63,842 bases of DNA, filler included, from Collodictyon triciliatum (GCA_043381765.1; 33 parts of 33 records of this genome joined end to end with filler, not necessarily neighbours in it); one strand, 5' to 3'. Positions 37,791-50,707 are shown, numbered from the whole stretch's first letter. Notes: generated by a model not told the origin, from the sequence alone. Numbers and translations: made by a program.

Positions 37791-38560
37791 CACTTGAGAC
37801 GTCCGGATGTTTGTCTGTTTATGGGTGCGTGGATAGAGCTTCATGACCTGTGTATCGTCATGTAATTCTGTGCTCGAGGTTCTCTCAACTATGTCATAAA
37901 ATACCGCCTCCCGCCTTTGCCTCTACGCAGATTGCAAGTCGCCTTTAATGTATCGTTGTATGTCAGCTATTTGCACGTAAGAAAAAACTGCACATAATTC
38001 GCCGAGACCTGAAATCGTCAAACATGTTCTTTTTTTATGAATCATAACTCGTTTTAAAATGTTATTTTTGCTTTTTTTTCATTCACACTTGACGCATAAA
38101 CAGATTGGCAGAAAACCGGGCTGCCAAAGTGGCGGATTTCGGAATGAACAAGGTCAAGCGAAATTCATCCTTTTCGAACGGGACGATTGGCACGCCGTGC
38201 TGGGTCGCTGATGCTTTTTTATAGACAGGTATATCCCGATTGTTTTTTTTTGTTCCAGGTTTCATCAGCCTTACTCTATCACATTCCCAATTCAGTAAAT
38301 GAAGGAAAAAATAAAAGAAACAAAAATCCACCCACCATAACATTAAAACTGCATCAAAAAGTCCAACGAAAAGGCGGATGTCTTCGGCACGGGCGTCATC
38401 ATTTAGGAGCTCTGGACAATGGAGAGGCCGTTCAGCTCGATGCCTGCACTCCAGGTTGTCCGGATAATTCGCTTCTGTAAAAACTTGGCTCCCTCACCCC
38501 ACGACCGCGATGCTTAATACGCAGACCTCACCCGAGCATGCTTCGAAGAGGCGATGTGTG
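37791..38560 (+). pseudogene. TKL-group protein kinase pseudogene (introns retained)
   Basis: LRRPDVCLFMGAW..LCIVM*FCARGSL (TAA 37863-37865), SYLH, IIRRDLKSSN, AKVADFGMNK..GTPCWVA, EKADVFGTGVII*EL..RPF (TAG 38404-38406). Confidence 0.85.
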
Positions 38561-39235
38561 AGTGGAATATGGAGAGTGTGGTTGGGATGCTGAGGCGGAT
38601 TCGGAGGTGCATGACCGATGCTGCAAAGAGCCCCGTAATGCAGGTGTATGGTTGCCCACTGTGGCTGTGTGAGCGAGATTATAATTTGTCTGGTGTTTAT
38701 GCATGCAGAACAAGGAATAAAGTGCAGATGACACATGTTTTCATGCATCGAATTACATTAGTGAATCCATTTATCATCATTCTTTTGTTCATTATCTAGG
38801 TTGAACATACCATTTTTGTTCGAAAACGTTTTTTGGTCTCAACAAGAGTCAGAAATCTTGTAATTACAGGGAACAGAAAGCTTAAAAATGAAAAAGAAAA
38901 AACAAAAGTCAAAAAAACAAAAAAAACAAAAAAACAAAAAACAAAAAAACAAAAAACAAAAAAACAAAAAACAAAAAAACAAAAAACAAAAAACAAAAAA
39001 AAAAAAAACNNNNNNNNNNNNNNNNNNNNNNNNNNNNNNNNNNNNNNNNNNNNTTAATTAATTAANNNNNNNNNNNNNNNNNNNNNNNNNNNNNNNNNNN
39101 NNNNNNNNNAAAAAAAAAAAAAAAAAAAGATAACATAAAACCAATTGAAAACAAAGAAACCCCCCATTTGAATTTATTTATGATAAGGAGGAATGTAAAT
39201 GTCTTAACACCATAAGGCTCAATTAGATTAATTAC

Positions 39236-40795
39236 CATCGCAAAAAATAGGACAGAAAATAACTGTGGCAATGGCATCATCGCAAGGGCATCTGGAAAAA
39301 CTACGAAGGCAAGGGACGGACCTCCATTGGTAACTTCGGAGACAGACAGCCCCTGAGTCCGAAATCGTTGGTGATGGTTGAATGCACAGGGCGGACAGGA
39401 GAGTTAAAGGATAAAGTTAGGACCTGGGTGCATAAATAGTATGTATGGAATAGAAATCACAAATCGAACAATTCAAACTGACCAGAGGGTATGAATAACG
39501 AAAAGTTCTTTTCGATTCTTACCCTGATATGCGCCATATGACCAAGGTACGAAAACACAGTCATCCCAGCGAAAATAGAGAAGGAAACATCAATGGCCGA
39601 TATTGATAGAGCCTCTTTCAAAGTGTCATGGTCGCGCGGTAGATAGCTTCCATAAGCTATCATTACTCCAAGCCCAATAGCGATAGAGAAAAATATTTGG
39701 GCCATGGCATCTGAGAAATCGATAGGTCGGGTCGCAAAGGATGTGATGCACATTCAATTTAATTGACGTCGGCTCTTGGATAAAGATATAATGATGAACA
39801 GGATTTATTCTATGCAGTCATCAATAAAATAAAAATCATTCACAAATGCCTACCCAGCCACACTTTGGGGTCAAATATCTTCTCAAGCTCCGGTTCCCAG
39901 AAATATTGAATACCTTGACCGGCGCCATCCAAAGTCAACCCACGAATAAACAGGATAACTAGCACAAGAACTGGAATGGGCATCACCCAAGCAGAAATCT
40001 ACGTGTTAAATAAGTAAAAAAAAATAATTAATTGCATAATATCATCAAAAAAAATGGAAGGAGTATATGAATTATGTATTTTTACGCATGAATAGAAAGG
40101 AATTGATCAATTGTATGAATAAATAATAAATCCAGGAAATCAAAAAAAAATAAACCTTTCCGAGAATCTTAACATCCTTCCAGATACAAAAGTATATCAC
40201 AAGCCACGTTAATAGAAGAGATAAGCATATTTTGTACTGGACAGGTCCAACTTCGTGAACATCACCGGAGTACTGCAGAACATCATCATAAAAGAAATCT
40301 TCTGCAGCCTTTTGCCCACCTTCCCATGGGAGATTGCTCTATGTTATCACATCAAGTACGGCACGAAATTGTTCAAATGTCAAATTTAGGGGCAATATTT
40401 TCTATGAAAACTGTGCTAATTTACATAGTTAAGTAAAGCTTAATAGTCACGCTTTGGAGATAACAATTAAAAACGTTGAAAATAAGTGGCCAGTGCGAAT
40501 GATACGGTATATCAATAAGTTAAATACTATTCGCAGCAACGTGAACAAATGATCCATTTATTTAGATAACGACATGCAAAATTGAATGAAAATGGAAAGA
40601 GGCCAAGAACTGTGGGGAATCCAGAATTCAAAATTACTTGGAATGAGGTGAAGAAATAAATCCAGGACCACGCGATGATAACATTGTAGTATATCACCAT
40701 ACAAAACGATGCAAAAGGGGCAGCAAATCCGATTCCCCAGAATCGCCCATTAATGGTGGCCAAAGCATGAACCGCACCTTTTTGAGTTTGCTGGC
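39236..40795 (-). CDS. SLC6/NSS sodium:neurotransmitter symporter family transporter, 5 internal exons
   Basis: [88 protein letters not shown]. Confidence 0.95.
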
Positions 40796-40843
40796 CTAGG
40801 ACGTGGATGAGAATAACATAAAATAGATATCAACATTAATATT

Positions 40844-40960
<117 letters not shown>

Positions 40961-41060
40961 NNNNNNNNNNNNNNNNNNNNNNNNNNNNNNNNNNNNNNNN
41001 NNNNTTAATTAATTAANNNNNNNNNNNNNNNNNNNNNNNNNNNNNNNNNNNNNNNNNNNN

Positions 41061-41121
<61 letters not shown>

Positions 41122-41239
41122 TATGTTAGATTTTCATAGCTTACCTTTTTTTTCTTGGGATTATTTGTAAAGGTTCATTCGGATTTCAAACAACCTGCCC
41201 GTGTCTCTATTCCTTCATCCTTACGAACCCAATATTCAG

Positions 41240-42321
41240 GTCAAAATCGTTACGACGCTTCCCGATCCAATCACCGGAGTCCCAACCCAGTTGGCCCTGC
41301 AAGGACACATGCTCGACAACTCAAAGTCTCGAAACTATGCAATCCGAGAGCACAAGATAAGTACTACCGCAATTCCTTTATCGCACTCTAATCTAATCTG
41401 GTGCTGGACGTCTCTCGTATACACTTTCTGTCGCCTTGGAATTGAATGTTTCCATCTCTGCTTGTCTTTTATGAAATCCAATCTATTTCAGGGATACATC
41501 TAGTCCATGCTCATTTAGTTCATCTTTCTGACAGGAAAGGGAATCCAGTGCACTTACCAGGGAAAGTTTGCGTACCGCATGGATGTCAGTCTGCCGGATG
41601 AGTATCGCAGAAAACTAAACTCGAAATCCAAGGGCGTCACTCGCCCAGGAGCGACGTTCACCATGGACACCAAAGAGGAGAACTTGATTGTAATACCAGA
41701 CATATATATCTTTCATCGATGGACACATTATATTGATTTTCTCCTTCCTTCTATCTCTATCTCTCTATATATATCACCATCAATTGAACGAGTTTATATA
41801 ATACTCTTTTGTGCAGATGCAGCAGAGGAGAAACCAGACAAAACCGAAGGAGGTGGCCAATCGGCGATTCCGAGCAGACAAGGAATTGGCCACTGCGTCC
41901 ATCGTGCAGATGTTCCAGTCCAGAGATTTACTCAGCATGGGCGAAATCATGGGCTCCAGCGACTTCAAGGAGCAGCCCGAGGTTTGTTGTATTGTCTCTC
42001 AAGCATTTACAATATCATCGATTACACTACCAATATATATAAAGATGTGATGTGATAGCCTCCTCCTTCTTTTTTTGAGGAGCAATTTATTCTTACTTTC
42101 ATTCGAATCAACACTCCTGGTCGATATGTTTGCGAGACCAGAATATACATACACATTATTTATTTATTATTTTAAAAAAGAGGCAATGATCGAACATTAG
42201 CGCATCATTCTACTCACTTGTTCAAACAATCACAAACTTTCAGACCTTCGTGAAGGAAATCCTTTCTGATGTTTGCACATTGGAGGGAAGGAAGTACAAA
42301 CTGAAACCAGAGTACAAATAA
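41240..42321 (+). CDS. GTF2F2: TFIIF beta subunit (RAP30/Tfg2), 3' exons
   Basis: RFRADKE...MF...QPE | TFVKEILSDVC...YKLKPEYK* matches the RAP30 winged-helix terminus (RADK, QP..LKEIL, LKPEY). Confidence 0.85.
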
Positions 42322-42657
42322 ATAATCGTTATTTTCTCTGAGAAAGGTATGCATTTAGTCTGCCAGGGTTGAGTCGTTTCCATTAAACCCCTATGCCTCA
42401 TTCATTAGTGCGTTCCTGTCTTTGCCACTCCATAGTGGAGAAATGAAAAACTTATATGAAGTTTATTAACAAAAATAAAAAAAAAATGGAGCAAGAGAAA
42501 GCAATGGCAAGACACTATTTAAACTTATCACTTCGGAGCGAAAAGTGTAGAAATATTAGATAAAAAATAGTGAGAGTTTTGATTTGTTGCGCCGTTCCGA
42601 ATCCTTCTTGGCTTACTTGAAGACTTGAAGATATGATTGTATTTCGGACAGCTTGAA

Positions 42658-42780
42658 TCACACACCCGAAAGCTCGCGGAGAACGGTAGTCAATCGTGAA
42701 ACCTTTTGTGCATTCAGTTTTTTTTCGTTCTCCAAAGCAATCAGGAGGAGGCGAAGGTCATTCTCATCTATGACGTGATT
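42658..42780 (-). CDS. Terminal exon of an unknown gene converging on TFIIF-beta
   Basis: AG acceptor followed by NHVIDENDLRLLLIALENEKKLNAQKVSRLTTVLRELSGV*. Confidence 0.4.
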   Translation of the reverse strand, partial: NHVIDENDLRLLLIALENEKKLNAQKVSRLTTVLRELSGV

Positions 42781-42856
42781 CTATGATGAGGAAATCAAAT
42801 TGTGTCTGTCGTTGTTATGGTTTCTCTCACTCTCTCTCTCTCTCTCTCACTCACCC

Positions 42857-42910
<54 letters not shown>

Positions 42911-43010
42911 NNNNNNNNNNNNNNNNNNNNNNNNNNNNNNNNNNNNNNNNNNNNTTAATTAATTAANNNNNNNNNNNNNNNNNNNNNNNNNNNNNNNNNN
43001 NNNNNNNNNN

Positions 43011-43065
<55 letters not shown>

Positions 43066-43195
43066 ACACATGTTAGTTTATCATAGATGGGTTGATTTTC
43101 GACCCAATTAAGTACTTGACAAATGAAAAGCTACAAATAAAAAAAAAATAGTAAAACGGGTTAGAATAAAGGAATACAAAAAAAATTATGAAAAC

Positions 43196-43689
43196 CTTAT
43201 CTGTTTCATAGTCAGCAATTTCGCGATGCATGTTGAATTTCATGAACACCATGTTAAGTTTTTCGACATCTCCAGGATGGTTGGCTTTGAGGTATGAAGC
43301 CAAAGCCAAGCGGAGGTCGTCTTTTCCATCCTTTTCAAAATTTGTCGACGACAGTAGCAAATCAAGCTGATTTTGCGTTTCTTGGTTAAGGAAGTTATTT
43401 TAAAATGTAGAAATATTACAGCTCTTGATTGATTCAGTTCAAAGAACTTGTTCTCCATTGAGGGTGGTTCATATGACACGCTCAGGTTTCTGATTATTAT
43501 TATCATTTCATCAAAATAAAGGATATTCCAGTAAAATGTCGAAAATAGCATCCAGTTCATGGAATGCATTCGTTCCGACCAAAAGTCGAGTGAGAAGGCG
43601 GAAATCCCCGCTCTTAGCATATTCCTATGAAATATTTAATTGTATTTTATATGCAAAACGACAAAATAGACAAAGGAAATGACTGAATT

Positions 43690-43788
<99 letters not shown>

Positions 43789-44755
43789 GCTGATTTCTTA
43801 TAATCGAATAAAAGACTAGTCGATTTTATTTTGATATATATAATTCAAATATAATACAGGTATTCTTTTAGCTGCTGCCTGTAATAATGTTGAAGCACCC
43901 TCAACATTTATAGCTGCGATGAAACAATAATGCGCTCGGATAAAAAGCTCAACCTTAGAAGATATAAATTTTTAACTCTGACACAAAATTAATTATTTGG
44001 AAATATACTTGATTACACAATTAAATTATTAGTACATACTTCACACGCATATGGCATTGATTCCTTAGTGGTATGACTTAATAGTTGAATTCCAATCATT
44101 GTCATGTCCTGCACACATACATTCACATATGAGGGGTTTCAAGAGATTTGAATAAATATGTCATATACTTATGCTACAAAGTCAAGTATATCTTAAACTG
44201 AGGTTTTCGTAATACACCAGATATCCCAACATATAATTCACATGGTTTTTACAGAAATAAAATAAATAGAGTTAGTATTCAATTAGACGTACACCAGCTA
44301 GAGAAGCCAAAGCCAAAAAATCTTCCTTGCTGCATTCTGGATCGATTTCAGTTTGTCGAGAGCCCTCTGTGTAAAACTTCAATAAGGCACGGTAGAAGGA
44401 ATGAGCAATCACACGAGCAACCTACATAGTTTCCCCCATTTCCTTTTAAAATGCTTTTTTTTTATTATTATTATTGTATTTAGATAAGGATACCTAAATT
44501 GAGCGTAATAATCCAATTCATGGGAATATAGATCAATTTCTACTTTTTTTTATCCGAAAAATGGAAAGGAATGATTTGGATAAAATATTGTCCTTTTTTT
44601 TTTTTTTTAACCTTCTCATTGGACAATTTATGTGACGTGATAAAGGTCTTGCACAAGTTGTAGTTGTCCTTTCCGAGAGAGACAAGTTTGTTTACCGTGA
44701 TCAAAGGGTCATGTTTGCTAACGCTCTCATAAGCAACATTTAAAGCTTTGCAGAC
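43196..44755 (-). CDS. SPG11: Spatacsin C-terminal domain, 6 exons
   Basis: VELFIRAHYCF..VEG..LLQAA; DFRLLTRLLVG..FHELDAIFDILLEQNQLDLLL; LRLALASYLK..PGDVEKLNMV..FNMHREIA matches Spatacsin_C. Confidence 0.9.
43377..43526 (-). other. U12-type (minor spliceosome) AT-AC intron, 150 nt
   Basis: 5' end ATATCCTTT, branch site TTCCTTAAC (43393-43385), 3' end AC 8 nt later. Removal restores the frame (GA|G = Glu). Confidence 0.92.
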
Positions 44756-45733
44756 CTATGTATGTATGTATGTATGTATGTATGTATGTATGTATGTATG
44801 TATGTATGTATGTATGTATGTATGTATGTATGTATGTATGTATGTATGTATGTATGTATGNNNNNNNNNNNNNNNNNNNNNNNNNNNNNNNNNNNNNNNN
44901 NNNNTTAATTAATTAANNNNNNNNNNNNNNNNNNNNNNNNNNNNNNNNNNNNNNNNNNNNTTTCTTTTTTTCTTTTTTTCTTTTTTTCTTTTTTTCTTTT
45001 TTATCTCTTTTTTCTTTCCTTATTTATTTCTTCGGTCTAATTCAGCCTGTAAATAGATTAACTTCATTGCAAAGGTTGTGACGAACTTGGTTTTATCCCT
45101 TTCAAGGCACAACACTTTTTATACAACGAAAGTGTACCCATATATATAGCTTTATTGCACAGACAACCATCAAATTAAATCTGGGTCGACGAAAACAGGA
45201 GCTTTGGTGAATCCAAGAAACAACCTGAATAAAATAATAGTTTAATTAGCATACAATAAGATAAAAAAATACTTAATAATCTCATATATTCCTTTAATTA
45301 ATTTTATTTTATTTTTCATTTATGTAATATTATCATTAAAATTCAAAAATGACAAACAAGTCCTTGTCTTGGCCCAGACAGAACCCACCCTATAAACCTG
45401 CCATCAAACATGCATCTCAAATAAGCTACTATCCACACTTGCGGCGGTAATCATGTTCTTCGGGGCCAATATGATGACTTTCAGTCGCAATGATTATACG
45501 GCCGTCCTTTCGAACTCGCCGAATCGGCTCTCAGTGTTTTGTTTCAAATCACTTGTGAAAAAAAACTTTGTGTGTTTGTTTGCCACAAAGCACACATTTT
45601 GAGAGTCTCGGTAGATGCTTAATTTTACATAAATTGATTTATGCAGTATAATTAAATGACCTATCGACTAAAGTTTTATTAAATTGAAAACTCAGTGGTT
45701 TTCTAAAGGAAAAAGTAAAACAAAGACTTTCAT

Positions 45734-46809
45734 ATGAAGAAAAGAAAACGTCTTGAGTTTGAGAATCTAAAGTATGTAAAACCAGACCATCGAAATGTGA
45801 AAACATCCCTAAAGTTGATTGTAAAGAATCCGGGCGACTATGACAAAATCAACGATGTGGTTTTATTGTGTCATAATTTGGTTACCGAAACTTATCTGTT
45901 TGCAAGATGTTACATACTGAATTCACAACAACTCCCAACAATCGATGAAATGTTTTTTTGTACGCTTAAAGACAGTCGGAAAAGTTTCATTAGACACGCA
46001 AGTTTAAAAAAAAAAACCCAGAAATGAGCAAAGACATGACAACTTTTTATTTCTATGATTTTCAATTCCTTTTGTCCCGAGAAGAACGCTTTCCGTTGGT
46101 CGGATTGTCTCATGTATTACCGTACTTGGCGAAGCAAATGCTAACAGCTTATCATAATAACATTAAGGAGCACTTTGCAAAGAGGTTACTGCGCTTTATA
46201 AATCAAACAGTTCCTAAAGATGAGAATGTTACGGAAGTTGTTTAAAAGGCAGAGTTACGAAAGTTTTTTTTTTTAAAAAAAAAAAAAGCCATCTTCAAGA
46301 AACTCGAAATGCCGGAACAATATAAAGAATGGACTAAAATACATCTGCATCATATCATTCCCAGTGATATTGTAAATGGTATCGAATATGACGCCAAAGT
46401 CAACCCAAATAAGTACACTCCATGTCTGATTTACATGAATCGCATTTTTGAGGATATTGGAACCAAACTGGTTCGACCAATCTCTATAAGAACTACCAAT
46501 ATACCATGTTATATTGCTCTAGATACTGCATGTTTGGTAGATATATTAGTATCATCTGGTAAATCATCATTAAAGAAGAATATATCAGGATGCAAAGAGA
46601 CCCTATGGGGTGAGTTCTTTGAAATGAAGAAGAGGGTCTTTCATCAAAGAGACTTCAGTTTTAAATACATGATATAAACAGACAGCATGACGGGGTCATT
46701 ATTGTTTGAAAAGAAAGGCATTTCAAATTCAAAATTCAAGTATAATAAACCGCGCCCCCCCCCCCCCCCCAACAGCAATTCATTGTCAAGAGTCACACTT
46801 TAGGAAAGT
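45734..46809 (+). pseudogene. Fanzor1-like (eukaryotic/giant-virus TnpB homologue) gene, decayed, cut by the contig end before RuvC
   Basis: VKTSLK..INDVV..C..LV..TYLF; L.YLAKQMLTAYHNNIKEHF..L.RFIN; YDAKVNPNKY..CLIYMN; IRTTNIP.YIALDTA.L; W..FF..K..F..F.YMI*TDS..SLLF. One frameshift near 46006-46024 and stops at 46243 and 46675. Confidence 0.75.
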
Positions 46810-47114
46810 NNNNNNNNNNNNNNNNNNNNNNNNNNNNNNNNNNNNNNNNNNNNTTAATTAATTAANNNNNNNNNNNNNNNNNNNNNNNNNNNNNNNNNNN
46901 NNNNNNNNNAAACACATAAAACACATAAAACACATAAAACACATAAAACACATAAAACACATAAAACACATAAAACACATAAAACACATAAAACACATAA
47001 AACACATAAAACACAACACAACCACATAAACCACAACACAACCACATAAAACACATAAAACACATGAGACAAAAACAAAAAGAGAAACCGCAAAGCACAG
47101 AAGGCAACCAGGAA

Positions 47115-47956
47115 ATGGAGAAGCAGCCGACTCTGAGGCCACTGGAGCGAGGCGCCATCTCGAGGAAAGCCACTGTGCAGATCCCGCGAGAGCAGCCGCT
47201 GCTGGGACACTGCCTGGTGGCGCGGGAGACGGAGGCGGGGTTCGAGGCGGGCGAGTGGGTTGCGACGTACGCGGGGCCGGTCTCTGCGCAGCCGTCGCGC
47301 TTCTCGGTGCAGGTGTCGCCGACAGAGCACATCACGGACGAGGGCCTGGCCAAGTTTGCCAACCACTCGTGCCGTCCCACGTGCCGCCTCGTCCTCGCGC
47401 CACGCGCCTTCCCGCTCGCCGTGCTGCTTGCGCGCCGCCGCATCCGCCCGGGCGAGGCCCTGACCTTCCACTACGGCGCCTCCGAGTGGCACATGGACGA
47501 GCCCTTCGCCTGCCTCTGCGCCGCCCTGGATGCGCCGCCTGCTGGTGAGTCCACGGCCCGCCTTTGCCGCTCCACTCTGCGCAGCCCCGCCTTCTGACCG
47601 TCTTGTGTCTGTGTGCAGCCTCGGATGCGGGCGCGTCGCTCCATGATGAGGCAGAGTGTCTCGGCCGCATTGCGGGCCTGCAGCATCTGCCCCTCTCCAA
47701 GCAGATGGCCCTGCGTCCTCTCATGCCCGCGTATCTGAGGCGGCATGTCGACTGGCGCGTGGCTGCCGGCCATGGCTTGGATGCAGACTCCGTGGCTCTC
47801 CACATCGTCCCGCCCGCCCATGCGGACGACGCGCCCACGGCCGACCAGCTGGAGGAGGAGCAGCTCTTCTACCAGACCCTGGAAAGGTATCCCGAGCTGA
47901 TTCCCAACCACGATGAGGAGAATCTAGAGGCGGAGGCGCTCGGGCAGACCCGCTGA
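47115..47956 (+). CDS. Small SET plus post-SET domain methyltransferase (exons 47115-47544, 47619-47956)
   Basis: GHCLVAR..GE; FANHSCRP; IRPGEALTFHYGASEW.M.EPFACLC...CLGRIAG. A GTGAGT...TGCAG intron keeps the frame. Confidence 0.9.
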
Positions 47957-48396
47957 TTTCCCATGTCCGTGCCCCTTTTCATTCCTGCCATCAATCTTAT
48001 TCTCGCAGATGAATTTTTTTTTCTTTGTTTGTTTTGCTTGTTATTCTTTATTCCAATGCTCTGCCGTTTTCATGTCGCATTGATTTACCATCTCTATCCC
48101 GTCGATATGCCCCATCACCGCATAAAATAATGCCCCGAAACCCTTTCTTGCTTTGCGTATGAAAGTCCCACACACAGACACTCAAAAAGACAATGGTAAT
48201 CAGAGAACAAAAACTGGAGCTGGCAATGCATGCCAAATACGAACAGCAGGTGATTCATACCAAACGCGCACCGTCCTTATTTGATCAAAACTTGATTCCA
48301 ATCACAAACACAAGCAACAGATCAAACAACGCTGATCAATCACAAACTCGCGCGGCAGCAGACGCAGACTCAGCTCGGAGCACCAGGCAACCGCAG

Positions 48397-48580
48397 ATGA
48401 AGCAGCAACAGATCTTCCTCCGATCCCCACGGACAAAAGAGTGGCAAGCACTCCACCTGGACGCTGCCTGCTGCGCCTCCCACAAAGATCACCTCTCCAA
48501 CTATGTGCAAGACACGTGGGGCCTCCAACCAGCCGATTTCTTCCTAGTCTGCAACAAAACTACCACACAGCCACAGACCG
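48397..48580 (+). CDS. First exon with ubiquitin-like fold features (possibly Sde2-like)
   Basis: MKQQQIFLRSP...WGLQPADFFLVCNK followed by a GTACAA donor. Weak resemblance only. Confidence 0.3.
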
Positions 48581-48979
48581 GTACAACCATAGAAAAAAAA
48601 AGGCTTTTCGAACCACTCTTTTTCCTCCTTTTGTTTTGTTTTTTTTGTTTTGTTTTGTTTTGTTTTGTTTTGTTTTGTTTTGTTTTGTTTTGTTTTGTTT
48701 TGTTTTGTTTGTTTGTTTGTTTTGTTTTGTTTTGTTTTGTTTTGTTTTGTTTTGTTTTNNNNNNNNNNNNNNNNNNNNNNNNNNNNNNNNNNNNNNNNNN
48801 NNTTAATTAATTAANNNNNNNNNNNNNNNNNNNNNNNNNNNNNNNNNNNNNNNNNNNNAAGAAGAAAAAAGAAGAAAAAAGAAGAAAAAAGAAGAAAAAA
48901 GAAGAAAAAAGAAGAAAAAAGAAGAAAAAAGAAGAAAAAAGAAGAAAAAAGAAAAAAAAGAAAAAAAAAGAAAAAAAAG

Positions 48980-49010
<31 letters not shown>

Positions 49011-50091
49011 AAAAGAAAAAAAGAAAAAAAAAGAAAAAAGATGATACCACCAAATTGCCGAAAGTTGGGTTTGTGATTACAAGCAGTTTTCATGATTCTT
49101 TGAATGAATGAGTAAATGCACCTTTCCGGTCAATTCAGTCGGGAAGTCGTCTGGATCAAAACGCGGTCCGTCGCCACAGACACGGCAAAAGAAACCATTT
49201 TCCTATTATTGATGTTAGAATGGCTTCATTTCTTCCCACTCTGGTGAGCCATTTCTCGTTTGTTTGGTATTTTCTCATAATACTATTGGGTGTATATAAT
49301 ATAATAAAAATAAAAATAAAAATAAAAATAAAAATATATCTTTAGCCAGATGAATTGAAATTCAACGTGTCGGAAGAAGGTTACCGGCACAATCGTCACA
49401 ACACGAGATGCTGGGAGGGTCTGATACTTCATCGGAGCTTTTACTTGGCAGGCCTGTACACCAAAACAAATACATACGAGAATAAATTTAAGAGATTGAA
49501 AGAAAAAAAGAAAAAAAGAAAAAAAGAAACAAAGAAACAAGGAAACAAAACAAAGAAACAAAGAAACAAAGAAACAAAGAAACAGGAGAAAATACGGACG
49601 TGAGGGCGAGGAGGATAACCCACAGCAACTGCCTGTCATAGGATCAGCCGAAAGGAGTTTGATCAAAATGTGTGGTGATAGTTTTTATACACCACACCAT
49701 AAAATTCCACATTGGTGAAGAAGTCTGCTTCGATGTTCGATACGCAGGTATGAGTTATGTCACTGCGAATTGAAAGGGTGATGGAATTGTTGCCTTGTGA
49801 TGAAATAGTTGAAAAACAATATAAAATAAGTTGTCGGAGGGCGTTGCCATTATGCTCTTCAGGATATCATCGCGAATCACACTTTCTTTGCTGGGTGGAA
49901 GCCTTATGATTTATACAGCGATGAGAAACACAAGAAACACAAGAAACATATTGGAATGATTCTGCCACATGATTCAAAATTGAACATTTTTTTTTATTAT
50001 CTTTCCTTTTTCTTCTCATTCCATCATTTCTTTCAACTTTGTGTTTTTTTGTTTTGTTTTATATTGTTCTGTTCTGTTGTTGATGATTTGG

Positions 50092-50559
50092 TTACTGCTT
50101 TTCTCTCAGCGTATTTACGAGCCTGTTTGGAAGAGTCAGAAATATAATCATCAGTAATGCTTTTTTTTTTTGGAGCGATTAGATGAATAGTAGCCATACA
50201 GAATCGATCGCCATAGGGTGAGTAGCGTACAGATAGTGTGATTTGACATCTGTATATATTTCTTTGTGGAGGCACTTACCAGTCTAATCCTTCGTTGATT
50301 CCTTCGCCCTTCACGGCAGAGCATTTGAAAATAGACCATTGCCGGTTCTTGAGGGTGGTCAAACCAAGACCTTCTGAGACTTCCGTGGGCGACATTGCTG
50401 AAGGAAGATCTGCAATATTCAAAGTTTGTAAAGCTTGCTCTTAAGGCAATTGACCGAATTTTGGGCGGAGGTTATAATAATAAGTAGATTTACTGGACAC
50501 ATTAGCGTACCCTGTTTGTTTGCTAGAACCAGCAATGCTGCATCTTTCAACTCTTCCTC
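50092..50559 (-). CDS. ARL1: ARF-like GTPase Arl1, 3' exons (50511-50559, 50280-50409, 50092-50122)
   Basis: EEELKDAALLVLANKQDLPSAMSPTEVSEGLGLTTLKNRQWSIFKCSAVKGEGINEGLDWLVNTLREKQ*. Confidence 0.9.
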
Positions 50560-50617
50560 CTTTTGGATACAGTTTTCATAAAATGAGAAAGAAAAAAGAA
50601 AAAAAAAGAAAAAAAAG

Positions 50618-50707
<90 letters not shown>

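Noticed and set aside
44486-44493. GTATCCTT on the minus strand inside an SPG11 intron
   Set aside because: The surrounding GT-AG intron already joins NEK to VARV in frame, and there is no U12 branch site.
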